From an uncultured Holophagaceae bacterium (GTDB lineage: Bacteria > Acidobacteriota > Holophagae > Holophagales > Holophagaceae), in NCBI GenBank assembly GCA_903839205.1, contig CAIMBM010000170.1, positions 1 to 45,029 on the forward strand: a stretch of DNA of 45,029 nucleotides, in the 5' to 3' direction. How positions within the stretch are numbered: the first letter of the stretch is position 1; each line of letters opens with the position of its first letter. Below are positions 20,497 through 29,761 of this stretch, one piece after another. A model generated the notes under the pieces. The model ran no database searches, was not told the origin of the DNA, and saw only the letters and a program-made list of their open reading frames with translations. The position numbers and the translations under genes were made by a program.

Positions 20497-20958
20497 TCAG
20501 GCCCTGGCCGCGAGGACCGCGTGCTCGGCCTGGAAGGCTTCGGTGGTTCCCGCTCGCCAGCCCTTCCTGGGCAGTCGCCAGCCGTTCTCCACCTTCTCCC
20601 AGCCGAGGTGCGCGTAGTAGTCCTTGGCGAGGGGCGAGGCCTGCAGGATCCACTCGATGCCTGCGCCTAGCCCCTGGGCCAGGTCCAGCAGACGCAGGCC
20701 CACCCCACCCTTCTGGAAGTCCGGGTGGATGGCCAGGTCGCAGACGTAGCCGTCGTAGGCGAAGTCGGTCCAGCCCCGCAGGAGCCCCACCAGGCGGTCG
20801 CCGGCGTAGGCGGAGATCACCACGTTCGAACCCTCGAACATGCGGCGGATGCGCTCGGGGTCATGGATGGGCCGCCGCAGGGGCGAGGCGGCGTAGAGGG
20901 CCCGGATCGCCTCCACGTCGGGCCGACGGTCCAGGTGGAAGCTCAAGTCACCGTTCAT
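20497..20958 (-). CDS. GNAT family N-acetyltransferase
   Basis: DLAIHPDFQKGGVG acetyl-CoA motif, YYAHLGW; GGAGG RBS. Confidence 0.88.
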   Translation of the reverse strand: MNGDLSFHLDRRPDVEAIRALYAASPLRRPIHDPERIRRMFEGSNVVISAYAGDRLVGLLRGWTDFAYDGYVCDLAIHPDFQKGGVGLRLLDLAQGLGAGIEWILQASPLAKDYYAHLGWEKVENGWRLPRKGWRAGTTEAFQAEHAVLAARA

Positions 20959-20993
20959 GCGGAGTCCTCCGGGAGGTTCTGCCGGGAAAGACC

Positions 20994-22265
20994 TCAGGCC
21001 ACCAGGTCCTGGGGACGGATGTCGCAGCCGCGCCGGGTGCCCAGGGCGCTGACGCCGAGCTGGGCAGGATCCAGCAGATTTTGGGCGACGCGCATGAGAT
21101 CCCCCGGTGTCACCGCTTCGATCTCTTCCATCTGCTGATCGAGGCTGCGGAGCTCATTGGTATGGATGGCCTGGTGGGCGAGACTGAACATGCGGCTGCT
21201 GCTGCTCTCCTGGCTGAACACGAGGCTGGTGCGCGCCTGGAGCTTGGCCCGCACCAACTCGTCGCTCTCCACGCCCTTCGCTCGGATCCGCGCGCACTCG
21301 GCCATGGTGCGGCTCACCAGCTCCCGCAGCTGGGCCGGGGCGCAGCTGGCGCTGATCTGCAGGGCGCCGGTGTCGGCGTAGGGGCTGAGGTAGCTGCCCA
21401 CCTGGTAGCAGAGCCCCCGCCGCTCCCGCAGTTCCATGAAGAGCCGCGAGGCCATGCCGCCGCCGAGCACATGGCTCAGGAGGTGCGCTGCGGCGCGATC
21501 CGGCGAATGATGACCCGGCGCGGGGAAGCCCATCACGAGGTTGGCCTGCTGGAGGTCCTTGCGAGGCACGTTGAGCAGGAAGGGCCGCGTCCGCGCGGCG
21601 ACACCAGGCGTCTGGACGAGGCCCCGGGGCAGGCGATCCAGAATGGGCTGCAGGAGCGCCAGGAAGGGCTCCGGGTCGATGGCGCCGGCGGCGGCCACCA
21701 CCAGGTTCGGGGCCCGGTAGGTGTGGTCGAAGAAGGCACGGGCTTCGGTGGGGCCGTAGGTGGAGACCTGCTGGGGGCGACCCAGGATGGGATGGGCCAG
21801 GGGCGTGCCTGCCCAGAAGCCGCCGTAGAACATCTCGCTCACCCAGTCGTCCGCCTGGTCCTCGCTCTGGGCGATCTCCTCCAGGATGACGCCCCGTTCG
21901 CGGACCAGCTCCTCGGCGTCGAAGCGCGGCGCGGTCACCAGCTCGCCCAGGAGGTGCACCAGCTCCGGGAGCTGGTCGGCCAGCACCTTCCCGTAGAAGC
22001 AGGCCACCTCCTTGCCCGTGAAGGCGTCCACATGGCCCCCCAGGCGGTCCGTGGCTTCCGCCAGTTCGTCGGGCGTGGGGTAGGCCTCCGTGCCCTTGAA
22101 GACTGTATGTTCCAGGAAGTGGGCCAGCCCCTCCTCCGCCGGCCCCTCGTGCCGGGACCCCCGCCGCACCCAGAACCCCACCGCGCAGCTCCGCACGTGA
22201 GGCAGCGGCTCGATGAGGATCTCGGTGCCCGCGGGCGTGACGGTGCGGAAGGGGGGCTGCGACAT
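20994..22265 (-). CDS. M16 (pitrilysin) family zinc peptidase
   Basis: GSRHE..GLAHFLEH inverted zinc motif, ERGVILEE, LGGGMASRLFMELRERRGLCY. Confidence 0.92.
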   Translation of the reverse strand: MSQPPFRTVTPAGTEILIEPLPHVRSCAVGFWVRRGSRHEGPAEEGLAHFLEHTVFKGTEAYPTPDELAEATDRLGGHVDAFTGKEVACFYGKVLADQLPELVHLLGELVTAPRFDAEELVRERGVILEEIAQSEDQADDWVSEMFYGGFWAGTPLAHPILGRPQQVSTYGPTEARAFFDHTYRAPNLVVAAAGAIDPEPFLALLQPILDRLPRGLVQTPGVAARTRPFLLNVPRKDLQQANLVMGFPAPGHHSPDRAAAHLLSHVLGGGMASRLFMELRERRGLCYQVGSYLSPYADTGALQISASCAPAQLRELVSRTMAECARIRAKGVESDELVRAKLQARTSLVFSQESSSSRMFSLAHQAIHTNELRSLDQQMEEIEAVTPGDLMRVAQNLLDPAQLGVSALGTRRGCDIRPQDLVA

Positions 22266-22283
22266 CCCCACAGTCTAGCGCCC

Positions 22284-23069
22284 CTACCCCTCCGCCTCGC
22301 TGCCGGCCAGCCCGATGGGCGTCCGCTGGAGCTTCCAGCCGGCCAGGGCCCAGCAGAGGGCACCGAAGGCGAGCAGGATGAGGATCGCCAAGGCTGGATG
22401 GGTGGTGACCTGCTCCTGGGCCAGCAGCTGGTTGGCCTGGACCTCGGCGGCCCTGCTGCCGGCCAGGCTTTCGATGTAGTGGGTGAAGGTGAGGCGCTGG
22501 AGGGAGGGAGGCAGAACCCGCACCAGGGGTTCCCAGAGGAAGAAGTAGAGGGCCCCCCAGAGGGTGCCCCGTTTGAAGAGGAGTCCCACGAGGGTCATCA
22601 GGGCCAACTCCCCCCACCAGGCGCCCACCAGGGCCACCATCCGGCCCGGCAGCAGGGCCGGGTCGCCCCCGAGGACCTGGAGACCCAGGACGCCGACGCC
22701 GAGCCAGAGGGCGCCCCAGGCCAACCAGGGCAGCCCCTTGCCCAGGGGCAGGGCCCAGGCCGGGGCGGGGCGGACCAGCAGCAGCGGCAGGGTGCGCTGC
22801 TCCAGGTCCTCCCGGATGCCCGCCGGGGCCGCCACCAGGGCCATGATGGGCAGCATCATCTTCACGAGCACCTCATGGAAGACCTTGACCGCCTCCGCGG
22901 GGCTGGCCTCTCCGCCCCTGATCCGGACCAGGGTCAAGATGAGGAGGCTGAGCCCCACGGGCACCACCACCAGGCCGGCCAGCACCCAGCCCCGGCCCTG
23001 AAGCACGCGGGGGGCATAGCCCCGCGCGGTGGCGCGGATCGTCGCCAGGGGGGAAGGCGCGGCGCTCAT
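22284..23069 (-). CDS. ABC-2 type exporter permease
   Basis: About 6 TM, EDLEQRTLPLLLVRP..GK motif; start overlaps the ATPase stop. Confidence 0.78.
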   Translation of the reverse strand: MSAAPSPLATIRATARGYAPRVLQGRGWVLAGLVVVPVGLSLLILTLVRIRGGEASPAEAVKVFHEVLVKMMLPIMALVAAPAGIREDLEQRTLPLLLVRPAPAWALPLGKGLPWLAWGALWLGVGVLGLQVLGGDPALLPGRMVALVGAWWGELALMTLVGLLFKRGTLWGALYFFLWEPLVRVLPPSLQRLTFTHYIESLAGSRAAEVQANQLLAQEQVTTHPALAILILLAFGALCWALAGWKLQRTPIGLAGSEAEG

Positions 23070-23989
23070 GCGTGATCTTTCGTCAAGTACTGGAAGACGG
23101 CATCCAGATTGAGGTCCAGGGGATCCATGGCGCGGAGGGGGAGCTCACCCGCCACCACCGCCCTCTGGAGGCGGGGCAGGATGTCCCGTGGCGAGCGCAC
23201 GGAGATGACCACGGCCCGTTCCTCGATCCGCAGGGCGGCCAGCTCGGGCTGCTCCACGGCCCAGCGCGCCAGGGCCTGGGCCTCCCCGGACAGGCGCAGC
23301 TCCACCGGGTGGCGATCCAGCAGCTGGCGGATCTCCGACACCGAGCCCTCCGCCAGGAGGCGGCCCCGGAACAGCAGGAGGATGCGGTCCGTGAGCTGGG
23401 CGATCTCCCCCAGGATGTGGCTCGACACCAGGATGCGGGTGCCCCTCCCGGCCAGGTCCCGCAGCAGGGCCATGAGCGTGAGGCGGGCCTCGGGATCCAG
23501 GCCGTTGAAAGGCTCGTCGAGGATGAGCAGCTCCGGCTCGTGCAACAGGGACTGGGCCAGTCGGATGCGCTGCCGCATGCCCTTGGACATCCGCCCGAAG
23601 GGGAGGTGGCCCCGGTCCGCCATGCCCACGACCTCGAGGACCCTGCCCTCGGCCGCCTTCAGGCCCTGGCCGGACAAGCCTGAAAGTTCACCCATCATGC
23701 GCAGCCACCGATCGGCGCGCAGGCCCGCGGGCAGCCGGTCCCCCTCGGGCACCAGGCCCAGCCGCGCCAGCACCGAGGGATTGCGGAAGGGGGCCTGGCC
23801 GAAGACCCTCACCTCCCCGCCGGAAGGGGGCAGCAGGCCCGAGAGCAGCTGCAGCAGCGAGGACTTCCCAGCCCCGTTCGGTCCCAGCAGCCCCGTGATG
23901 CCACCGCCATCGGGCAGCTCGAAGGAGGTGGGGCTCAGACCCAGGATGGGGCCGTAGCGGAGGGAGGCGCGGTCCAGGGCGATCATCAT
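23066..23989 (-). CDS. ABC exporter ATP-binding protein
   Basis: GPNGAGKS, MSKGMRQR, LDEPFNGLDP, SSH. Confidence 0.9.
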   Translation of the reverse strand: MMIALDRASLRYGPILGLSPTSFELPDGGGITGLLGPNGAGKSSLLQLLSGLLPPSGGEVRVFGQAPFRNPSVLARLGLVPEGDRLPAGLRADRWLRMMGELSGLSGQGLKAAEGRVLEVVGMADRGHLPFGRMSKGMRQRIRLAQSLLHEPELLILDEPFNGLDPEARLTLMALLRDLAGRGTRILVSSHILGEIAQLTDRILLLFRGRLLAEGSVSEIRQLLDRHPVELRLSGEAQALARWAVEQPELAALRIEERAVVISVRSPRDILPRLQRAVVAGELPLRAMDPLDLNLDAVFQYLTKDHA

Positions 23990-24849
23990 CAGATCACCGT
24001 CTCGGAGGGTCGGGTCCGCCGGGCGGCCACATAGGTCCAGAGGCCGAGATGGAAGGCCGTGCCAAGGATCGCCGGCAGCCAGGGCACCAGGGGGCGTTCG
24101 ACCCCCATGAAGAGCTGGGGCCAGGCCTCCGCCAGCACGATGGGGTTGCAGGCCTGCACCGAGGCGTTTCCGGTCAGCCCATGGACCATGGAGGCCAGGG
24201 TTCCGGTGCCCAGGACCAGACCCAGCACCCAGCCGATGCCGGCCCGGGGCGTGCCGGCCAGGCTGGAGGCACCCACGGCCAGAGCGCCCATGAGGACCGA
24301 ACTGAGGGCCATGGCGGGGAGCAGCCGGAGGGGGGTCGTGACCCAGACGGGGCCGCCCGTCCCCGCCAGCATCAGGGACATCAGCCAGGGCAGGAGCGCG
24401 AAGGGCAGCAGGATGGCGAAGGGCAGGGCGGAGGCGAAGCCGAGCTTGGCGAGGAGGTAGTCCCTGGGCACCACGGGGTGGGCGTACATCAGGGGGCGGA
24501 CCCGGTAGAGCGTGTCCCGGGCCACGAGCCCGCCGCCCACCAGGGCCACCAGGAACCAGAGCAGGTAGCCGGCGGGGTTCAGCAGGTCCGCCTGGAAATC
24601 CGCTCCCTGGGTGAGGACGCTCCTCGCGAAGTCCTGCACGGGCCGGAAGGTCTGGTTCGTCTGGAGCAGGTGATCCACGTAGATGCGCCCCACCTTCCAG
24701 AGCAGCATCAACAAGAAGGCGAAGCCGAAGAAGCGGCCGATCTTCTGCCGCAGGAGCCGGGCGAGGTCGAAGCGCATGAGCACCAGGGCCGGGGGCTGGC
24801 CCTGGTGGAGGTCGGGCGGGGGGGGGAGCGTGGGGGCGTAAATGGGCAT
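23989..24849 (-). CDS. ABC-2 type exporter permease
   Basis: About 6 TM, GGGLVARD..Y..P..DYLLAK motif; ATG just after the upstream ATPase stop. Confidence 0.78.
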   Translation of the reverse strand: MPIYAPTLPPPPDLHQGQPPALVLMRFDLARLLRQKIGRFFGFAFLLMLLWKVGRIYVDHLLQTNQTFRPVQDFARSVLTQGADFQADLLNPAGYLLWFLVALVGGGLVARDTLYRVRPLMYAHPVVPRDYLLAKLGFASALPFAILLPFALLPWLMSLMLAGTGGPVWVTTPLRLLPAMALSSVLMGALAVGASSLAGTPRAGIGWVLGLVLGTGTLASMVHGLTGNASVQACNPIVLAEAWPQLFMGVERPLVPWLPAILGTAFHLGLWTYVAARRTRPSETVI

Positions 24850-24850
24850 C

Positions 24851-25867
24851 TCAGCACTCCTCCCGGGCCGCCACGGCATCCCCGTGCAGGGCCCGCAGGA
24901 GCACCTCGTCGAGGCGGTCATGCCGGGGCGTGACCTGCACCAGGGTGGCGCCCTGGGCCTCGGCCCAGCGGAAGATCCCCGCGGGATCCGCCTCGCCCAG
25001 CTCCAGATCGTAGAGCCCGTTCCGCGCCTCCAGGACGGTGCCCAGGCCCGCGAGGGCGGCCTCCTGGGCCCCGTCCAGGGGATCCAGGAAGCGGAGCTCC
25101 ACGCGCTTCGCGAGGGCCCGGCGTAGCCCGGCCATGGAGCCCGCCGCCTTGATCTGGCCCTGGTCCAGGATCACCAGCTGGTCCGCCACCCGCTCCACAT
25201 CCCCCAGCAGGTGGGAGGCCAGGATGACGCCGGTGTCCAGTTCGGCGTGCACGCGCAGCACCAGGTCCAGCATGCGCCGCCGCCCGTCGGGATCGAGGCC
25301 GTTGGTGGGCTCGTCCAGGAAGATCAGGTCGGGGCTGTGGACCAGGGCCTGGGCCAGCTTCACCCGCTGCCGCATGCCCGTGGAGTAGCCGCTGACGGGG
25401 CGGTAGCGCGATTCATCCAGGCCTACGAAGTAGAGCACCTCATGGGCCCGGTCCCGGGCGGCCTCCGGAGCCAGGCCGCTCAGTTCGCCCCAGAAGGCCA
25501 CCTGTTCGTAGGCCGACGCGTCCTCGATGAGGGCGTCGTACTCGGGCATGTAGCCGATCCGGGCACGCAGCCTCGCGGATCCGGCCGTCCCCAGGGGCAC
25601 TCCCAGGACGGTGCCCGAGCCCCCGGAAGGGGGCAGGAGGCCCAGCAGGGCCTTGAGCAGGGTGGACTTCCCGGCGCCGTTGGGCCCCAGCAGGCCCACG
25701 ATGCCCCGCTCGAGGGAGAGGGTCAGGCCCTTCAGGGCCGGTGCCGCCATCGCGGTGTAGCGCACTTCCAGGTTCTCGAAGGCGATCAACGGGGTCTCCA
25801 AGCGGATGGGTTCGATCTCTGGGTCGAAGGCGGCTACGAGACGAACCCCGTTCGGCTTAGGCACCAT
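24851..25867 (-). CDS. ABC exporter ATP-binding protein
   Basis: GPNGAGKST, YSTGMRQR, LDEPTNGLDP, ASH; GGGAGG directly before ATG 25867 (start uncertain). Confidence 0.88.
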   Translation of the reverse strand: MVPKPNGVRLVAAFDPEIEPIRLETPLIAFENLEVRYTAMAAPALKGLTLSLERGIVGLLGPNGAGKSTLLKALLGLLPPSGGSGTVLGVPLGTAGSARLRARIGYMPEYDALIEDASAYEQVAFWGELSGLAPEAARDRAHEVLYFVGLDESRYRPVSGYSTGMRQRVKLAQALVHSPDLIFLDEPTNGLDPDGRRRMLDLVLRVHAELDTGVILASHLLGDVERVADQLVILDQGQIKAAGSMAGLRRALAKRVELRFLDPLDGAQEAALAGLGTVLEARNGLYDLELGEADPAGIFRWAEAQGATLVQVTPRHDRLDEVLLRALHGDAVAAREEC

Positions 25868-25969
25868 CCTCCCACCTCTCCGGCGGTTGTGCATGGGCTC
25901 CCGGGCCCGGCTTCGGGCTGAACCGGGGGCACTTGCCCGAAAGCGCGGCATCCATCGGAGAATGGGCCC

Positions 25970-26104
25970 ATGAGCATGAAGCACGAGCGAAGAGCCACTT
26001 TGGCAAAGCCGAAGCCCGAAGGGCGCGGCACAGGGAGGCTCCGCCTCGGCAAGCGGAGCGCGCCGGAGCACGCGCAGCATGCGATAGGCGGAGGTGCCGC
26101 GTGA
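25970..26104 (+). CDS. Candidate 44-aa upstream ORF overlapping the dnaE start (GTGA)
   Basis: MSMKHERRATLAKPKPEGRGTGRLRLGKRSAPEHAQHAIGGGAA*; GAGAAT-N6-ATG context. Confidence 0.35.
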   Translation: MSMKHERRATLAKPKPEGRGTGRLRLGKRSAPEHAQHAIGGGAA

Positions 26105-29100
26105 GCTTCGCCCATCTCCACCTGCACACCGAGCACTCCCTTCTGGACGGGCTCACCCGGATTCCGGAGCTGGTGAAGAAGTGCCGCGCCTCGGGGATGC
26201 CCGCCGTGGCGGTCACGGACCACGGGAACATGTTCGGGATGATGAAGCTCTTCGACGCCTGCGAGAAGACCAAGGACGCGGAGGGGAACTGGGCCGTGAA
26301 GCCGATCCTGGGCTGCGAGGTCTACGTGGCGCCCAAGACCCGCTTCGACAAGAAACTCGAGGCGAAGAACACCACCGGCGAAGAGGGCCTGGAGGACTGC
26401 GTGGATCCCAGCGGTTCCCGGGATGCCGGCTACCACCTGGTGCTGCTGGCGAAGAATTCCGTGGGGTTCACGAACCTCTCCAAGCTGGTATCGGCGGGCT
26501 TCACCGAGGGTTTCTACTACAAGCCGCGGGTGGACAAGGACCTCCTCCGCCAGCACAGCGAAGGGCTCATTGCCATGTCCGCCTGCCTGGGCGGCGAGGT
26601 CCAGGCCCGCATCCTCCAGAACCGCCTGGACCAGGCGGAGCGCGTGTCCCGGGACTTCCGGGACATCTTCGGCGAGGACTTCTACCTGGAGATCCAGGAT
26701 CAGGGCTTCGACAAGGAGAAGGAGATCATCCCCTTCCAGATGGACCTGGCGAAGAAGCTCGGCATCCCCCTGGTGGCCACCAACGATGCCCACTACCTCA
26801 ACCACGAGGACGCCGACCTGCACGACACGCTGCTGTGCATCGGCACGAAGACCACCAAGGCCAAGGAGAAGCGCATGCGCTTCGCCACGGACCAGTTCTT
26901 CGTGAAGACCCCCGAGGAGATGCGGGCCGTGTTCCCGGGAAACCCCGAGTACCTGGAGCGCACCCTGGAGATCGCCGCCAAGGTGGACCTCTTCCCCATC
27001 ACCCGCAAGCCCGTCACGCCGCGCTTTCCCGTGCCCGCCGGCTACGACCTGGAGTCCTACTTCGTGCATATCGCGAAGGAGACCTTCGAGCAGAGGCTCG
27101 CCGAATGCCGGCCCCTGTGGCAGGCTGGCGCCCTCAAGCACGCGGAGGAGAAATACCGGGAGCGCCTGGCCTTCGAGCTGGACATGATCCTCAAGATGGG
27201 CTTCCCGGGCTACTTCCTGCTGGTCTGGGACTTCATCTCCAAGGCCCGGGACATGGGGGTGCCCGTGGGCCCCGGCCGCGGTTCCGCGGCGGGCAGCATC
27301 GTGGCGTGGTCCATGCGGATCACGGACATCGATCCCATGCAGTACGACCTGCTCTTCGAACGGTTCCTGAATCCCGAACGACTGTCCATGCCCGATGTGG
27401 ACATCGACTTCTGCCGGGACGGCCGCCAGAAGGTCATCGACTACGTGACCGAGAAGTACGGCCAGGACAAGGTGTGCAACATCATCACCATCAACCAGCT
27501 CAAGACCAAGGCCGTGATCAAGGATGTGGCCCGGGTCTTCGAGAAGGACTTCGCCTTCGCCAACAACCTCACCAAGCTGGTGCCCCAGGAGCCGGGCAAG
27601 CCCATGAGCATCGGCGAGGCCCTGCAGAAGAGCGACAAGCTGCGCGAGCTCTACGAGGCTGATCCCGAAGTGAAGAACATCCTGGACATCTCGGCCCGGC
27701 TCGAGGGGTTGTCCCGCAACACCGGCGTACACGCGGCGGGGGTCATCATCGCGCCGGACGAGCTCACCCAGTTCGCCCCCCTCAGCGTGGACAAGGACAA
27801 GAAGGTGATGGTGCAGTACACCATGGTGGAGGCCGAGCGGGCGGGTCTGCTGAAGATGGACTTCCTGGGCCTGGAGACCCTCACCCAGATCGCGAAGACC
27901 CAGGAGGTCATCACCCGGCGCCACGGACAGCCCAAGGACATGGCCACCATCCGGACCTTCGACGACAAGAAGACCTTCGACCTGTTCGCCGCCGGCGACA
28001 CGGACGGCATCTTCCAGTTCGAGTCCGGCGGCATGAAGCAGCTGCTGCGCCAGCTGGGCCCGGACCGCTTTGACGACCTCATCGCGCTCAACGCCCTCTT
28101 CCGGCCCGGACCGCTCGGCGCAGGCATGGGCACCACCTACGTGGAGCGCCGCCACGGCCGCGAACCCGTGACCTACCTGTTCCCAGAGCTGGAGCCCATC
28201 CTCGCCCCCACCTACGGCGTGATCCTGTACCAGGAGCAGGTGATGCAGATCGCCAGCCTCATCGCCGGCTACTCCCTGGGCGAAGCGGACATGCTGCGCA
28301 GGGCCATGGGCAAGAAGGACAAGGAAAAGATGGCCAAGGAGAAATCCAAGTTCATCGAGCAGGGTGTCGCGCGGAAGTTCGACCGGGCCAAGGTGGCAGA
28401 ACTCTTCGACCTCATCGAGTTCTTCGCGGGCTACGGGTTCAACAAGAGCCACAGCGCGGCCTACGCCATGGTGGCCTACGAGACCGCCTATTTAAAGGCC
28501 AACTACCCCGTGGAGTTCATGGCCGGCCTGCTCTCCACCAAGTCCGGGCGCACGGAGGACGTGGCCAAATACGTGCAGAACTGCCGGGAGCGGGGCATCG
28601 AGGTGCTGGGTCCCGACATCAACGAGTCGGCCCTGGATTTCACCGCCACCTCCGACCGGCAGATCCGGTTCGGATTTGCCGCGGTAAAGGGTCTCGGAGA
28701 GGCGGCACTCCAGGCCATCCTCGAGGCCCGCCAGGTCGAGGGGCGGTTCAAGGATCTGTTCCACGCGCTGAAGAGCGCCGACCTCCAGAAGGCCAATCGC
28801 AAGGTATGGGAGTCCCTCATCAAGGCTGGCGCCTTCGACAGCCTGGAGCCCAACCGGGCTGCCCTGCTGCAGGGCCTGCCGGACGCAGTGTCCGCCGCCG
28901 CGCGCGGGGGCGGCGACACCGGCATGACCAGCCTCTTCGATGACGCCGAGCTGGCCACCCTCAGCGAGGACTGGCGGGTGCCGGAAAACATCGACCCCTG
29001 GGACCGCAAGACCCGCCTCGCCGCCGAGCGCGAGGTGCTGGGTCTCTTCGTGAGCGGCCATCCCCTGGAGGAGTTCGCCGATGCCATCCAGGTCCACACC

Positions 29101-29742
29101 CACGGCAGCCTGGCCAAGGTGCTGGAGGACGCCACGTCGGGCCGCCTGCGGGACCGCAACGAGGTCACTCTTGGCGCCATGGTCTCCACCGTGGCCTTCA
29201 AGACCAACCAGAAGGGGGAGCCCTGGGCCATCCTCCAGGTCGAGGACCTCACCGGCAAGATGGAAGTCCTGCTCATGGCCAGCAAGTGGGACCCGGTCAC
29301 GAAGAAGCAGGGACTGCGCCCCTTCGAGCGCTACCGTCACCTGGCCGCGCCCGAGGCCCTGCTGCGCATCACCGGCGAACTGAGGGTGGAGACGATCCAG
29401 GGCAACGGGAATGGCGGCGGGAATGGGATCGGCGATGCCGAGGAGGAAGAGGAACAGACCGTGGTCAAGGTCTTCGCCACGCTCCTGGAACCGCTCGAGA
29501 GCTTCCAGGGGCAGGGCTTCAACGGGGCCCTGGTGCGCCTGCCCCCCGGGGAATGCCCGCCTCGCCTGGCGCCCATCCTCGCCGAGCACCGGGGGGACCT
29601 TCCCGTCACCTTTGAATACCAGTCCAAGGAGGGCCTCACGGCCCGGGTGAAGGCGGGGGTCGACCTGCGGCTGAAGCACGACCCCAATTTGGCGGAAAAA
29701 CTCGCCCGGGAAACCGGATGCACGCTGAGTTGGACCTACTAA
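26101..29742 (+). CDS. dnaE: DNA polymerase III alpha subunit
   Basis: HLHLHTEHSLLDG PHP start, GPGRGSAAGS, FERFLNPER.SMPDVDIDF, HAAGV, KMDFLGL, YGFNKSH, OB fold; GGAGGT RBS before GTG 26101. Confidence 0.97.
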   Translation: MSFAHLHLHTEHSLLDGLTRIPELVKKCRASGMPAVAVTDHGNMFGMMKLFDACEKTKDAEGNWAVKPILGCEVYVAPKTRFDKKLEAKNTTGEEGLEDCVDPSGSRDAGYHLVLLAKNSVGFTNLSKLVSAGFTEGFYYKPRVDKDLLRQHSEGLIAMSACLGGEVQARILQNRLDQAERVSRDFRDIFGEDFYLEIQDQGFDKEKEIIPFQMDLAKKLGIPLVATNDAHYLNHEDADLHDTLLCIGTKTTKAKEKRMRFATDQFFVKTPEEMRAVFPGNPEYLERTLEIAAKVDLFPITRKPVTPRFPVPAGYDLESYFVHIAKETFEQRLAECRPLWQAGALKHAEEKYRERLAFELDMILKMGFPGYFLLVWDFISKARDMGVPVGPGRGSAAGSIVAWSMRITDIDPMQYDLLFERFLNPERLSMPDVDIDFCRDGRQKVIDYVTEKYGQDKVCNIITINQLKTKAVIKDVARVFEKDFAFANNLTKLVPQEPGKPMSIGEALQKSDKLRELYEADPEVKNILDISARLEGLSRNTGVHAAGVIIAPDELTQFAPLSVDKDKKVMVQYTMVEAERAGLLKMDFLGLETLTQIAKTQEVITRRHGQPKDMATIRTFDDKKTFDLFAAGDTDGIFQFESGGMKQLLRQLGPDRFDDLIALNALFRPGPLGAGMGTTYVERRHGREPVTYLFPELEPILAPTYGVILYQEQVMQIASLIAGYSLGEADMLRRAMGKKDKEKMAKEKSKFIEQGVARKFDRAKVAELFDLIEFFAGYGFNKSHSAAYAMVAYETAYLKANYPVEFMAGLLSTKSGRTEDVAKYVQNCRERGIEVLGPDINESALDFTATSDRQIRFGFAAVKGLGEAALQAILEARQVEGRFKDLFHALKSADLQKANRKVWESLIKAGAFDSLEPNRAALLQGLPDAVSAAARGGGDTGMTSLFDDAELATLSEDWRVPENIDPWDRKTRLAAEREVLGLFVSGHPLEEFADAIQVHTHGSLAKVLEDATSGRLRDRNEVTLGAMVSTVAFKTNQKGEPWAILQVEDLTGKMEVLLMASKWDPVTKKQGLRPFERYRHLAAPEALLRITGELRVETIQGNGNGGGNGIGDAEEEEEQTVVKVFATLLEPLESFQGQGFNGALVRLPPGECPPRLAPILAEHRGDLPVTFEYQSKEGLTARVKAGVDLRLKHDPNLAEKLARETGCTLSWTY

Positions 29743-29761
29743 TCGGAGTATCCTCATTCGC

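Noticed and set aside
15118-20653. Very long alternative ORFs (804 aa at 15118-17532, 1057 aa at 17480-20653) and similar ones such as 25834-28452 and 41649-43388
   Set aside because: Shadow frames of well-supported genes in high-GC DNA; Pro/Arg/Gly-rich or antisense, with no motifs
26000-26070. c-di-GMP-I riboswitch upstream of dnaE (GGCAAA plus two hairpins)
   Set aside because: Lacks the GAAA tetraloop/receptor and the GACGCAAA junction; kept only as an unassigned structured leader
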